This document shows positions 28,163 through 37,978 of a stretch of DNA of 64,000 bases, in pieces. This DNA is from Candidatus Heteroclostridium caecigallinarum (lineage in GTDB: Bacteria; Bacillota; Clostridia; Christensenellales; CAG-314). The notes under the pieces are model-generated. The model was not told where the DNA came from, made no database searches, and saw only the letters and a list, made by a program, of their open reading frames with translations. Position 1 is the first letter of the stretch. Each line of letters starts with the position of its first letter. Location: the NCBI GenBank assembly GCA_904419725.1, contig CAJFSP010000003.1, positions 33,139 through 97,138 on the forward strand. Reading direction: 5' to 3'. A program made the position numbers and the translations under genes.

Positions 28163-28420
28163 TCAGTTTTCTTCTTCATAGGCTTTCAGAATCGCGTCTG
28201 ACAGTTCCTGTCTGGTAGCGGCGTTGATAGGGTGGGCAATGTCTTTGTATTCGCCTTCCTTCGTCTTTTTGCTAGGCATCGCGATAAACAGATTTGTTTC
28301 GCCCTGAATGATTTTGATGTCATGCACCACAAAGCAATCGTCGATTGTCACTGATGCCACTGCTTTTAACTTGCTGTCTTCTTTATCAACTTTGCGGATG
28401 CGTACTTCTGAAATATTCAT
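28163..28420 (-). CDS. spoVG: Septation/RNA-binding protein SpoVG
   Basis: 85 aa. MNISEVRIRKV..LKAVASVTIDDCFVVHDIKIIQG..FIAMPS is a near-canonical SpoVG sequence. Confidence 0.95.
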   Translation of the reverse strand: MNISEVRIRKVDKEDSKLKAVASVTIDDCFVVHDIKIIQGETNLFIAMPSKKTKEGEYKDIAHPINAATRQELSDAILKAYEEEN

Positions 28421-28575
28421 CGGAGTAGACCTTCCTTCTTTTTGATAGTTAAATTATAGAATATTTTTTTGCTCATTTCAATATGTTTTTGAAAATTTTT
28501 TAACGATAGAAGTACGGATAAAGGGAAAAGCGCTGTTTTTCGCACAAAAAAACGCCGTGAAACATATTTTATTGT

Positions 28576-29910
28576 ATGCTTACGCTTGAAAATCTTCTCA
28601 GCCGCCGTCACGTTCATTTCATCGGTATAGGCGGCGTCAGCATGTCGGCGCTGGCGGAATATCTGCGCGCACGGGGCGTCAGGGTTACCGGATGCGACGC
28701 CGTCCGCGGCGTTTACGCCGCGCGGCTCGCGGCAAAGGGCGTTGAAATCGGCGTGCCGCGTCTTGACGGCGCTTTTGACGACTTTCCGCTGGTTATTGTC
28801 AACTCCGCCATACGGCGGGACGACCCGTCGCTTACGGAGGCGATGGCAAAGGGCTGCGACATCGCGCGCCGCGAGGAGGCGTTGGGCGCTGTTTTCAATT
28901 CCTTCGGCAAAAGCGTGGCGGTGTGCGGCACGCACGGCAAAACGACCACCGCCGCCATGATTGTCCACGGACTGATGTCGGCGGGACTTACGCCCGCGGC
29001 GTTTGTCGGCGGCGTCATGAAGGAAACGGGCGGCAATTTCGTTGACGGCAAAGATATCTGCGTGGCGGAAGCCTGCGAGTACAGGGCGGGGTTTATGACG
29101 CTTAAACCCGACATCAACTGTATGCTCAACGTGGATTACGACCACGCCGATTTTTACAGCGGCAAAGAAGCCGCCGCGCGCGCGTTCCGTGATTTCGCCG
29201 GCAACACGAAAGGGGTCAATATCGTGTGCGGCGACGACGACACGCTTAAAACTTTCGGCGGCGTTACTTTCGGCATGGGCGAGGACAATTACTATTCCGC
29301 GCGCGGCGTGTGGGGGAAAAAAGGATACTATACCTTTACTTTCACCGAGGGAGGAAAACCACGCTTCACCGCGACTCTTTCTGTGCCGGGGCTGCACAAC
29401 GTGACAAACGCTTTGTGCGCCTGCGCCGCCCTGCGCGTTCTGGGGCTGGGTCACGGAGAAATAAAAAGGGCGGTCGAAACATTTACGGGCGTGGACAGGA
29501 GATTTACCGTTTACAAGGGCAGGTTCAGCGTTGTGACGGATTACGCCCACCACCCCGCCGAGATAGCCGCCGCCCTGAAAACGGCGGGCAAATACGGGTT
29601 GGGAAAAATAAGGCTGGTGTTCCAGCCGCATACGTACACGAGAACCAGGGCGCTGTTCGGCGGGTTTCTGAAAGCGCTGGACGCCGACGAGATATATATC
29701 GTGCCGACTTACGCCGCGCGTGAAAACGCAATCGAGGGGTATGAGAGCAAAGACCTTGCCGACGCTTTGAAAAGAGAAGGAAAAACGGTGTTTTATTTTG
29801 ACGACATGGCGGCGCTTGCCGAAACGCTGAAAAGAAAAAGCGCCGACGGCGACGCCGTGATGCTGGTCGGCGCGGGCGACGTGGACGCTCTTAAAGACAT
29901 GCTTGTGTGA
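28576..29910 (+). CDS. murC: UDP-N-acetylmuramate--L-alanine ligase
   Basis: 444 aa. HFIGIGGVSMSALA, GTHGKTTT P-loop, Mur ligase C-terminal domain. Confidence 0.95.
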   Translation: MLTLENLLSRRHVHFIGIGGVSMSALAEYLRARGVRVTGCDAVRGVYAARLAAKGVEIGVPRLDGAFDDFPLVIVNSAIRRDDPSLTEAMAKGCDIARREEALGAVFNSFGKSVAVCGTHGKTTTAAMIVHGLMSAGLTPAAFVGGVMKETGGNFVDGKDICVAEACEYRAGFMTLKPDINCMLNVDYDHADFYSGKEAAARAFRDFAGNTKGVNIVCGDDDTLKTFGGVTFGMGEDNYYSARGVWGKKGYYTFTFTEGGKPRFTATLSVPGLHNVTNALCACAALRVLGLGHGEIKRAVETFTGVDRRFTVYKGRFSVVTDYAHHPAEIAAALKTAGKYGLGKIRLVFQPHTYTRTRALFGGFLKALDADEIYIVPTYAARENAIEGYESKDLADALKREGKTVFYFDDMAALAETLKRKSADGDAVMLVGAGDVDALKDMLV

Positions 29911-29936
29911 AAAAAGCCGGCGCGCCGGCTTTTTGT
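29910..29936. terminator. Bidirectional terminator between murC and the MDR gene
   Basis: aagccggcg/cgccggctt palindrome flanked by A and T runs. Confidence 0.8.
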
Positions 29937-30955
29937 CAGTCTATTCTGAATTGCGTGCAGGAGTATTTCGCTTCCGCCTCGGTCATTGCCAGCATTTTTT
30001 CCGGCAGCTCGGCGAAACGGAAAGTTTCGCCCTGAAGCCTGGCGGTGTTGACTTTTTTGGTCGCCAGCATATTGATGGCGGCGGGGAAGTTGCCGTTTGA
30101 GTTTTTGACGGAAACGATGTTCAGCTGCCTGTCGTGAATTTTGCCGAGGTCGCATTTTTCCGACGTGCGCATAAAGCCGCACAGGCATATCGTGCCGTTT
30201 TTGGCGCAGATGTCAATGGCGTCGTTGAAACTCTCCTGGCTTTCTACGATGTAAACGACTTTTTCGCACATTCTGCCGCCGGTTATGCCGCTTACGTTGT
30301 CTTTCCAACCCGCCTTTTTGACGTTGAGCGTGTAGTTGATGTTTTCTTCCGCCATTTTGGAGAGCTGCTCCTGGTTTTCGTCAAGCACGATGGCGATGCC
30401 CTGGTAATATGTGACGAGCTGCGCCAGGATATAGCCCAGTTTGTTGGCGGAAGTAATCGCCACATGGTCGCCGGGGCTGAGCCGCAGCGCGTCTATGACG
30501 TTGAGCGCCATGGAGACGTATTCGGTGAATACCGCCGTGCCGTAATGCATCTGGTCGGGGATGCGGTGCAGCAGGTTGTGCGGAACGGTTACGAAATCGC
30601 TGAAAATGCCGGGGGCGGTGTATCCCAGCACGCGCATGTTGACGCATTTTTGTTCTTCGCCCGTTTTGCAGAAATAACACTTGCCGCAAGGGACGAAACT
30701 TTCTATCACGACCCTGTCGCCTTTCTGAAAGCGTTCGTCGTTGTCGGGCAGCGCCTCGCTCACAACGCCCACGGCCTGGCGGCCGAGCGCCAGCGGAAGC
30801 GCCGTTTTGTATTTTCCGCCGAAAATGCTGAGGTCGGTGTTTGTTACGGCGGCGAGTTCTATTTTGACTTTTACGTCGTCTTTTGTCCTGACGGGTACGC
30901 TGGGCAGGTTTTCCAGCACCAGTTTTTTGGGTTTTTGAAGTATATAAGTTTTCAT
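29936..30955 (-). CDS. Medium-chain dehydrogenase/reductase (zinc-ADH superfamily) member lacking catalytic-zinc ligands
   Basis: 339 aa. The structural-zinc motif CGKCYFCKTGEEQKC is retained. The catalytic Cys/His positions read VTNTDLS and GRQAVG instead of GICGSD and GHE. Confidence 0.8.
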   Translation of the reverse strand: MKTYILQKPKKLVLENLPSVPVRTKDDVKVKIELAAVTNTDLSIFGGKYKTALPLALGRQAVGVVSEALPDNDERFQKGDRVVIESFVPCGKCYFCKTGEEQKCVNMRVLGYTAPGIFSDFVTVPHNLLHRIPDQMHYGTAVFTEYVSMALNVIDALRLSPGDHVAITSANKLGYILAQLVTYYQGIAIVLDENQEQLSKMAEENINYTLNVKKAGWKDNVSGITGGRMCEKVVYIVESQESFNDAIDICAKNGTICLCGFMRTSEKCDLGKIHDRQLNIVSVKNSNGNFPAAINMLATKKVNTARLQGETFRFAELPEKMLAMTEAEAKYSCTQFRID

Positions 30956-31050
30956 GTATTTTCCCTCTGTACAAGATTATATCAAATAGCCGCCCAAAAA
31001 TCCACAGTTTTGTCCGATTTGCGGCGACGCATAAAGTTGCGTTAAAAAAC

Positions 31051-31079
31051 TTGACAAGCGGCGAGTTTACATATATACT
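31051..31079 (+). promoter_or_regulatory. Promoter for rpmE
   Basis: TTGACA (31051-31056), 17-nt spacer, TATACT (31074-31079). Confidence 0.7.
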
Positions 31080-31111
31080 AGTTCGGCAAGATAAATTCAA
31101 GAGGTGAAATT

Positions 31112-31315
31112 ATGAAAGAAGGCATTCATCCGCAATATAGAGAAGTAGAAGTCGTTTGCGCTTGCGGCGCGACTTTCAAAACGGGTTCTACCAAAAATAC
31201 CGATGTCATCAGAGTGGAAATCTGCAACAAGTGCCACCCTTACTTTACCGGTAAACAAAAACTGGTTGACGCCGGCGGCAGAGTGGACAAATTCAAAAAG
31301 AAATACGGTATTTGA
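31112..31315 (+). CDS. rpmE: 50S ribosomal protein L31 (zinc-binding type)
   Basis: 67 aa. [23 protein letters not shown] with CxC and CxxC motifs. Confidence 0.97.
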   Translation: MKEGIHPQYREVEVVCACGATFKTGSTKNTDVIRVEICNKCHPYFTGKQKLVDAGGRVDKFKKKYGI

Positions 31316-31343
31316 GACACATATTTTTTTGAGTGAATTGGGG

Positions 31344-31378
31344 AGGTACAGGCGTCGTTTCTGTACCTTTTCGTTTTT
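31344..31378 (+). terminator. Terminator or attenuating hairpin after rpmE
   Basis: aggtacag-9 nt-ctgtacct followed by ttttcgttttt. Ends only about 10 nt before ATG 31388. Confidence 0.7.
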
Positions 31379-31387
31379 ATTTAGCGT

Positions 31388-33163
31388 ATGAGAAAAACCA
31401 ATATAGGCGGCCAGGCGCTGATTGAAGGCGTGATGATGAAGGGCACGGGCGTCGTCGCCATGGCTGTCAGAGACGAGCGCGGCAACATAAGGATGGAAAC
31501 CGCGCGCACAGGCGACAGACGCAGATGGTGGTCTTATGTGCCTGTTTTGCGCGGCGTGGTGGCGTTTTTCGACGCCATGATTAACGGAACGCGCATGCTG
31601 CTCAAATCCAGCGAAGTTTTTATCGAGGAAAACGAAAACAAAACCGCCACCGACAAAAAAGAAAAAGGCACGGGCTGGTTTATATTTTTCACGCTGCTCA
31701 TCAGCATTGCGCTGGCGGTGGGGCTGTTTTTTCTGCTGCCCAACCTGCTCACCGACCTTATCGTCAACGTGTTCGGCTGGGGGCTGAGCCCGTTTGTCAA
31801 AAACCTTATCGACGGCGTTTTGCGTCTGGCGATTTTCCTTATTTACATGGTGGCGGTAACGAGGGTCAAAGACGTCAGGCGCGTGTTTATGTATCACGGC
31901 GCCGAGCACAAGACCATCAACTGCTATGAGCACGAACTGCCGCTTACAGTGGAAAACGTGCAGAAGTCGTCGCGCATACACGACAGATGCGGCACTTCGT
32001 TTATGTTTCTGGTCATGTTCATATCGGTGCTGGTGTTTTCCTTCGTGGGGTGGAGCGACAACACCTTTCTGAGGCTGCTGCTCCGTCTGGCTCTGCTGCC
32101 TGTGGTGGCGGGGCTGTCGTACGAGGCGCTCAAACTCATGGCGAAATCGGACAGCAAATGGCTTAAACCGCTTAAAGCGCCGGGCGCGTGGCTGCAAAAA
32201 CATCTCACCACCAAAGAGCCTGACGACTCCATGGTGGAAGTGGCAATCGCCAGTTTCAACGCCGTGCTCAGAATGACGGAAGACAAGACCATTCCCGAAC
32301 AGAAGTTTCCGAAAACAATGCCGCTCAAAGAATTCAGGGACAAGGCGCTCGGCCTGTTCGAGGCGAACGGCATAGACGAGCCGAGCGACATAGACTGGAT
32401 TCTCTGCAGGGTGACTAAACTCAAAAGAAATCAGCTGAAAGACGACATAAACATTACGCCTTACATGCAGCTGAAAGCCGAAAGCATGTTCGAGCGGCGT
32501 ATCAAAGGCGAGCCGCTGCAATACATTTTGGGCGATGCCGAGTTTTTCGGCTATACTTTCAAGGTGAACAAAAACGTGCTGATTCCGCGGTTTGAAACGG
32601 AACTGCTTGTCGACAAGACGCTGCCGTACATCGGCGCGGACAGCCGTGTTCTGGACATGTGCTGCGGCAGCGGCGCGATAGGCATAACGGTCGCCCTCAA
32701 AAAGGGATGCCCGGTTACGCTCGCCGACGTCAGCGAAGGCGCTATTCGCGTGGCGAAAAGCAACGCGGCCGCTCTCGGCGCCGACGTGCGGTTTGTTTTG
32801 AGCGATATGTTTGAGAAGGTCGACGGCGTGTTTGACGTGATTATATGCAACCCGCCTTATATACCTTCCGCCGACATACAGTCGCTGGACGTCAACGTGA
32901 AAGATTACGAGCCTGTTTCGGCGCTGGACGGCGGACGGGACGGACTTGATTTTTACAGACGTATAGCGGAGCGGGCGCCCGCCGCGCTGAGTGACGGCGG
33001 CGTGCTGGCTTTGGAAATCGGCGCGGGGCAGGCGGAAGAGGTGAAACGATTAACTTCGCTTTCTTTCGACGTCGACGCGGCGTACGCCGATTATAACGGA
33101 ATCGACAGAATTTTGATTTTGAGAAAAAAGGCGGACAGCCTGACGGAGACACACGGTGTTTGA
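31388..33163 (+). CDS. prmC: Fusion protein: DUF1385 membrane domain (N-terminal, about 300 aa) + release-factor glutamine N5-methyltransferase PrmC/HemK (C-terminal, about 290 aa)
   Basis: 591-aa uninterrupted ORF. N-terminal [14 protein letters not shown] and YHGAEHK mark the DUF1385 part. The C-terminal part has [42 protein letters not shown] and ICNPPYI. Confidence 0.88.
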   Translation: MRKTNIGGQALIEGVMMKGTGVVAMAVRDERGNIRMETARTGDRRRWWSYVPVLRGVVAFFDAMINGTRMLLKSSEVFIEENENKTATDKKEKGTGWFIFFTLLISIALAVGLFFLLPNLLTDLIVNVFGWGLSPFVKNLIDGVLRLAIFLIYMVAVTRVKDVRRVFMYHGAEHKTINCYEHELPLTVENVQKSSRIHDRCGTSFMFLVMFISVLVFSFVGWSDNTFLRLLLRLALLPVVAGLSYEALKLMAKSDSKWLKPLKAPGAWLQKHLTTKEPDDSMVEVAIASFNAVLRMTEDKTIPEQKFPKTMPLKEFRDKALGLFEANGIDEPSDIDWILCRVTKLKRNQLKDDINITPYMQLKAESMFERRIKGEPLQYILGDAEFFGYTFKVNKNVLIPRFETELLVDKTLPYIGADSRVLDMCCGSGAIGITVALKKGCPVTLADVSEGAIRVAKSNAAALGADVRFVLSDMFEKVDGVFDVIICNPPYIPSADIQSLDVNVKDYEPVSALDGGRDGLDFYRRIAERAPAALSDGGVLALEIGAGQAEEVKRLTSLSFDVDAAYADYNGIDRILILRKKADSLTETHGV

Positions 33164-34226
33164 AAAACTCGAACAGATAAGCGGACGATACAAAGAACTT
33201 ACCGAACTGTGCGCCTCGCCCGACGTCATTGCCGATATGCGGCTGTGGAAAGGGTATGTCAAGGAGCGGTCGGCGATAGAGGAAACAGCCGAAACGTATG
33301 ACAGGTGGAAGCGCGCGGACTCAAACCTTGCCGAGGCGGAAGCGCTGGCGGCGGACGCCGACGGCGAACTGGCCGACATGGCGAAAGAGGAGGCCGGGCG
33401 GCTCGCCGCGGAAAAAGCCGCGCTGGAAGAGCGGTTGAAAATTCTGTTGCTGCCCAAAGACCCCAACGACGACAACAATGTCATTATAGAAATCAGGGCG
33501 GGCGCCGGCGGCGACGAGGCGGCTCTGTTCGCCGCCGACGTCAGGCGGATGTATTTCAGATACGCCGAGCGGCAGCGCTGGAAGACGGAAGAAATCAACG
33601 TGAGCGAATCGGAGCTGGGCGGAATAAAGGAAGCGACCTTTTCGGTGATGGGAAGCGGCGCGTACAGCAAACTGAAATTCGAAAGCGGCGTGCACCGCGT
33701 CCAGAGAGTGCCGGCGACGGAATCGCAGGGGAGAATACACACTTCCACCATTACGGTGGCGGTGCTGCCCGAAGTGGACGACATCGAAGTGAATATCGAT
33801 GAAAAGGACCTTAAAATAGACACTTACCGCAGTGGCGGCGCGGGCGGCCAGCACGTCAACAAGACGGAAAGCGCCATACGCATAACGCATATCCCGACCG
33901 GCATAGTGGTGGCGTGCCAGGACGAGCGCAGCCAGATTAAAAACCGCGACAAAGCCATGAAGGCGCTGCGCAGCAAACTTTACGACTTTTACCGCGAAAA
34001 AGCGGATAAAGAATATTCACAGACAAGAAAAACACAAATCGGCACGGGAGACAGGAGCGAAAGGATAAGGACGTACAACTTTCCGCAGGGCAGGGTGACC
34101 GACCACAGGATAGGTCTGACGCTTCATTCGCTGGACGCTTTTATGGACGGCGACCTGGACGAGATGATCGAGGCTTTGCGCCTTGCCGACCGTACCGCCA
34201 GATTACAGGGAAAACAAGGAGAGTAA
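33156..34226 (+). CDS. prfA: Peptide chain release factor 1
   Basis: 356 aa. [12 protein letters not shown] (PxT-type tripeptide region) and [20 protein letters not shown] (GGQ). 8-nt overlap with prmC. Confidence 0.97.
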   Translation: MFEKLEQISGRYKELTELCASPDVIADMRLWKGYVKERSAIEETAETYDRWKRADSNLAEAEALAADADGELADMAKEEAGRLAAEKAALEERLKILLLPKDPNDDNNVIIEIRAGAGGDEAALFAADVRRMYFRYAERQRWKTEEINVSESELGGIKEATFSVMGSGAYSKLKFESGVHRVQRVPATESQGRIHTSTITVAVLPEVDDIEVNIDEKDLKIDTYRSGGAGGQHVNKTESAIRITHIPTGIVVACQDERSQIKNRDKAMKALRSKLYDFYREKADKEYSQTRKTQIGTGDRSERIRTYNFPQGRVTDHRIGLTLHSLDAFMDGDLDEMIEALRLADRTARLQGKQGE

Positions 34227-34230
34227 ACAA

Positions 34231-35427
34231 ATGCTGGAAATTTCACAGAGAGCGAAAAACGTGTCGCCGAGCCTGACGCTCGCCATAACCGAGCAGGCCA
34301 ACAGAATGAAGGCGCAGGGCATCGACGTGGTGGGTTTCGGCGTGGGCGAGCCGGATTTTGACACGCCGTCCTATGTGGTGGACGCCGCCAAATACGCCAT
34401 GGACCGCGGAATGACGAAATACACCGCCGTGGCGGGTATGAAAGAACTCAGGGAAAACATATCCAAAAAACTCGCGGCGGACAACGGTCTTGCGTACGCG
34501 GCGGACAGAATCGTCGTTTCCAACGGCGGGAAGCAGGCGCTTTTCAACGTGTTTCAGACGATAATCGAGCCGGGCGACGAGGTTATTCTGCTGGCGCCTT
34601 ACTGGCTGTCCTATCCCGAAATGGTCAAATTCTGCGGCGGTAAGGTTGTTGCCGTGGATTTGGCGGACGACGGTTTTCAGCTCAACGTGGAAAAGATAGA
34701 AAAAGCCGTTACGGACAAAACCAAGGCAATACTGATAAACACGCCGAACAACCCGACCGGCGCGGTGTACGGCGGCGACAGCCTGCGGGCTCTTGCCGCG
34801 ATGCTTGAAAAATATCCCGACATATGGGTGATTTCCGACGAGATTTACGAAAAACTTGTTTACGACGGCGAAAAACACGTTTCTTTCGCCTCGGTTGACG
34901 GCATGTACGAGCGCACGTTTTTGGTAAACGGAATGTCCAAAGGCTATGCCATGACGGGCTGGCGCATAGGCTACACCGCTTGCCCTAGCGCGGAAACAGC
35001 CAAAGCGCTTTGCGGTCTGCAATCGCACCAGACGTCGGGCGCAAACACCATAGCGCAATACGCCAGCAGCGTGGCGCTGACAGGCGGCGGCGAGTTTATG
35101 GCGGAAATGAAGGGCATTTTCGACGGCAGGCGCAAACTTATGTACGAAGGTTTCGAGGGCGCGAAGCATGTGACCGTCAATATGCCGAAAGGCGCGTTTT
35201 ACATGATGGTGGACGTGTCCGGCACGTTCGGCAAAAGTTACAGGGGCGAAACAATAAATTCCGCGCCCGATTTCGCCGCCCTGCTCCTTAAACACGCCCA
35301 CGTCGCGGTGGTGCCGTGCGACGGTTTCGGAGCGCCTAAATACATCCGCCTGTCTTACGCCACAGGCGAAAACGAGATTAAAAAGGGCACGTCGCGCATA
35401 AAAGAGTTTCTTGAGGAAGTAAAATAA
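34231..35427 (+). CDS. aspC: Aspartate aminotransferase (class I PLP aminotransferase)
   Basis: ORF 34183..35427. ATG 34231 preferred (AAGGAGAG SD, MLEISQRAKNVSPS). SKGYAMTGWRIGY contains the PLP-binding Lys. Confidence 0.9.
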   Translation: MLEISQRAKNVSPSLTLAITEQANRMKAQGIDVVGFGVGEPDFDTPSYVVDAAKYAMDRGMTKYTAVAGMKELRENISKKLAADNGLAYAADRIVVSNGGKQALFNVFQTIIEPGDEVILLAPYWLSYPEMVKFCGGKVVAVDLADDGFQLNVEKIEKAVTDKTKAILINTPNNPTGAVYGGDSLRALAAMLEKYPDIWVISDEIYEKLVYDGEKHVSFASVDGMYERTFLVNGMSKGYAMTGWRIGYTACPSAETAKALCGLQSHQTSGANTIAQYASSVALTGGGEFMAEMKGIFDGRRKLMYEGFEGAKHVTVNMPKGAFYMMVDVSGTFGKSYRGETINSAPDFAALLLKHAHVAVVPCDGFGAPKYIRLSYATGENEIKKGTSRIKEFLEEVK

Positions 35428-35455
35428 ATTAAAACTTCAAATTTGGCAAAACCCC

Positions 35456-35483
35456 TTGAAATATCATAAATTTTTGTTACAAT
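35456..35483 (+). promoter_or_regulatory. Promoter for the mini P-loop gene
   Basis: TTGAAA, 16-nt spacer, extended -10 TGtTACAAT. Confidence 0.6.
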
Positions 35484-35507
35484 ATACCTAACAGGAGGTA
35501 CACTACT

Positions 35508-35921
35508 TTGATTAACATTATTTGCGGTGAAAAAGGTTCCGGCAAAACCAAAAAGATTCTGGATCTTGCCAACGAACGCGCTCTTAACTCCAAAGGCACC
35601 GTCGTTTTTCTGGATAAAGACGATTCTCACAAACTTTCGCTTTCTTATCAGGTTCGTCTCAACGATATGTCGGAATATCATATCGAATCGGACGACGAAC
35701 TTGTCGCATTCATAAAGGGCATGCTCGCCACCAACTACGACATCACCGATATTTTCATTGACGGCATCGTGAAAATCACGGGGCACACGGTTGACGAACT
35801 CGGCCGTTTCTTCGGCTGTCTTGAAAGGACGACGAAAGACAGGGACGTCAACGTCATCATCACTATCAGCAGGGACTGCGCCAAACTGCCTGACTTTTTG
35901 GCTAAATTCCAGCAGATTTGA
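35508..35921 (+). CDS. Small stand-alone P-loop NTPase-like protein, function unknown
   Basis: 137 aa. TTG start with AGGAGG 8 nt upstream. Walker A is CGEKGSGKT, with a Walker-B-like DIFIDGI. Has its own promoter and terminator. Confidence 0.65.
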   Translation: MINIICGEKGSGKTKKILDLANERALNSKGTVVFLDKDDSHKLSLSYQVRLNDMSEYHIESDDELVAFIKGMLATNYDITDIFIDGIVKITGHTVDELGRFFGCLERTTKDRDVNVIITISRDCAKLPDFLAKFQQI

Positions 35922-35931
35922 CACTGAAACC

Positions 35932-35960
35932 AAAGACCGCCGCCGGCGGTCTTTTTTTTC
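35932..35960 (+). terminator. Terminator after the mini P-loop gene
   Basis: aagaccgccg/cggcggtctt stem followed by tttttttt. Confidence 0.88.
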
Positions 35961-36086
35961 CGTCAAAACGCCGCTCTGTTTTGTATAATGAACGTGCGGG
36001 CATGGGCGGGCGCGCCGTCTTTTGTTGTCAAGAAACGCTTTTGGTGATACAATAACTTTATATATCGTAAAATTCGGGAGAAAAGT

Positions 36087-37094
36087 ATGGAACAGGGCAA
36101 AAAAGTCATTTTCAGCGGAATACAGCCGACGGGCAAAATCACGATAGGGAACTATCTCGGTTCGCTCAAAAACTGGATAGGCATGCAGGAAGAGTTTGAC
36201 TGTATTTTCTGCGTGGTGGATATGCACTCCATTACGGTGACGCAAGTGCCGTCGGAACTGCGCAAAAACACTTTTGACCTGCTGGCTCTGTATATGGCGT
36301 GCGGACTTTCGCCGGAAAAGAGCATACTTTTCGTGCAGTCGCACGTGCCGGCGCACGCCGAACTCACATGGGTGCTCAACACAATCGCCTATGTAGGCGA
36401 GATGAACCGCATGACGCAGTTCAAAGACAAATCCCGTAAACACGCCGACAACATAAACATGGGGCTTATGGACTACCCCGTGCTTATGGCGAGCGACATT
36501 CTGCTTTATCAGGCGGATCTTGTGCCCGTGGGCGTCGACCAGAAACAGCATGTGGAACTCGCCCGCAATCTGGCGCAGAGATTCAACAGCAGATATTCGC
36601 CGACTTTCGTGGTGCCTGACTGTTACATTCCGCCTGTCGCCGCAAAAATCACCAGTTTGCAGGACCCGACGGCAAAGATGTCAAAATCCGACCCTAACGA
36701 AAACGCCGTGGTCACCATGTTTGACGATAAAGACGCTATAACGCGCAAATTCAAAAGAGCCGTTACCGACAGCGACACGGAAATCCGCTTCGACAGGGAA
36801 AAGAAGCCGGGCGTGAGCAATTTGCTTTCGATATACTGCGGGTTTACCGGGGTTACGGAAAAAGCGGCGGAAGAAGAATTCGCCGGCAAAGGTTACGGCG
36901 AACTCAAAGCCAGGGTGGCGGAAAGCGTGATAGCGGCGCTGGAACCGATACAGCGTGAACAGAAAAGGCTTGCCGCCGACAAGGCGTATCTCGAAGCCGT
37001 GCTTAAAACGGGCGCCGAAAAGGCCGAGCGCATAGCCAACAGAACGCTGGAAAAAGTTTACAGAAAGGTTGGGTTTATCCCGAGAGCCCGCTGA
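36087..37094 (+). CDS. trpS: Tryptophan--tRNA ligase
   Basis: 335 aa. GIQPTGKITIGNYLG (HIGH-like) and KMSKS. Confidence 0.96.
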   Translation: MEQGKKVIFSGIQPTGKITIGNYLGSLKNWIGMQEEFDCIFCVVDMHSITVTQVPSELRKNTFDLLALYMACGLSPEKSILFVQSHVPAHAELTWVLNTIAYVGEMNRMTQFKDKSRKHADNINMGLMDYPVLMASDILLYQADLVPVGVDQKQHVELARNLAQRFNSRYSPTFVVPDCYIPPVAAKITSLQDPTAKMSKSDPNENAVVTMFDDKDAITRKFKRAVTDSDTEIRFDREKKPGVSNLLSIYCGFTGVTEKAAEEEFAGKGYGELKARVAESVIAALEPIQREQKRLAADKAYLEAVLKTGAEKAERIANRTLEKVYRKVGFIPRAR

Positions 37095-37978
37095 TGTTCG
37101 GATATATCAAAGTAGACAAAAACAAAATGCAGCCCGGCGAATTTGCCCTGTATCACGCGTTTTTCTGCGGAATCTGCATTTCGTCGAAAGAGCAGATAGG
37201 TTTTCGGGCCAGGATGCTCACCAACTTCGACATAGCGTTTTTCAACGTGCTGTTCCACAGTTTTCTCGGCGTGGACGTTGAAGTAAGGGACTGCCACTGC
37301 ATCACGACGCCAAAAAAACTCCGTTCCATTGTGCGGAGAGACGAACTCACCGACAGAATCGCCCTGTCAAACGTCATTTTGTCTTATCTTAACCTGATGG
37401 ACGACGTTCTCGACGAAAAAAGCCTGAAAAAAAGAGCCGCTCTCATGGCTGTCAGAAAACCGTATAAAAAAGCGGCGAAACTTTTTCCCGAAATGGACGG
37501 GGAAATCACCAGGCATTACAGGGAACTGACAACGCTCGAAGCGCAGAACTGCGGCGTGTTTGACAAAATATGCCATCCGTTTGCCGAACTGTCGAGAGTG
37601 TTTGCCAAAGTCATACTCGGCGACAAGGCTGACGTATATATACTTGATTTGTGTTACAACCTCGGCAAGTGGGTGTATCTCATCGACGCCCTTGACGACC
37701 TGGATAAAGATTTCAAAAAGGGCAGTTACAATCCGTTTATCGCCTGCATGGGCGGTTTCAGGGACGGAAAACAGTTTGTACGCGACAATATCGACGACCT
37801 TGAATTTATCTTTTACACGACGCTCAACAAAATCGCCGAAAATTTCAACGACCTGGAACTGACAAAATATTACTGCGTGCTGCGCAACGTGCTGCACATA
37901 TCCATAAGAGACAAGACCGCCGAAGTGTTCGGCAAATACATTGACAAGGAGGAATCCCCAATTGAACAATCCGTTTGA
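37094..37978 (+). CDS. DUF5685-like protein (conserved Firmicutes hypothetical)
   Basis: 294 aa. The N-terminus MFGYIKVDKNKMQPGEFALYHAFFCGIC matches my recollection of the DUF5685 N-terminus. Start overlaps the trpS stop (TGATG). Confidence 0.65.
   Translation: MFGYIKVDKNKMQPGEFALYHAFFCGICISSKEQIGFRARMLTNFDIAFFNVLFHSFLGVDVEVRDCHCITTPKKLRSIVRRDELTDRIALSNVILSYLNLMDDVLDEKSLKKRAALMAVRKPYKKAAKLFPEMDGEITRHYRELTTLEAQNCGVFDKICHPFAELSRVFAKVILGDKADVYILDLCYNLGKWVYLIDALDDLDKDFKKGSYNPFIACMGGFRDGKQFVRDNIDDLEFIFYTTLNKIAENFNDLELTKYYCVLRNVLHISIRDKTAEVFGKYIDKEESPIEQSV

Noticed and set aside
31097-32521. 474-aa minus-strand ORF
   Set aside because: It is antisense to rpmE and the DUF1385::prmC gene. It has no SD and an implausible composition.
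34183-34230. Longer N-terminal extension of the aspartate aminotransferase ORF
   Set aside because: The extension overlaps the prfA 3' end and lacks an SD. ATG 34231 has an AAGGAGAG SD and gives the canonical family N-terminus.
35961-36086. T-box leader upstream of trpS
   Set aside because: Only about 125 nt are available. There is no specifier-loop or T-box (AGGGTGGTACCGCG-like) sequence and no terminator/antiterminator pair.
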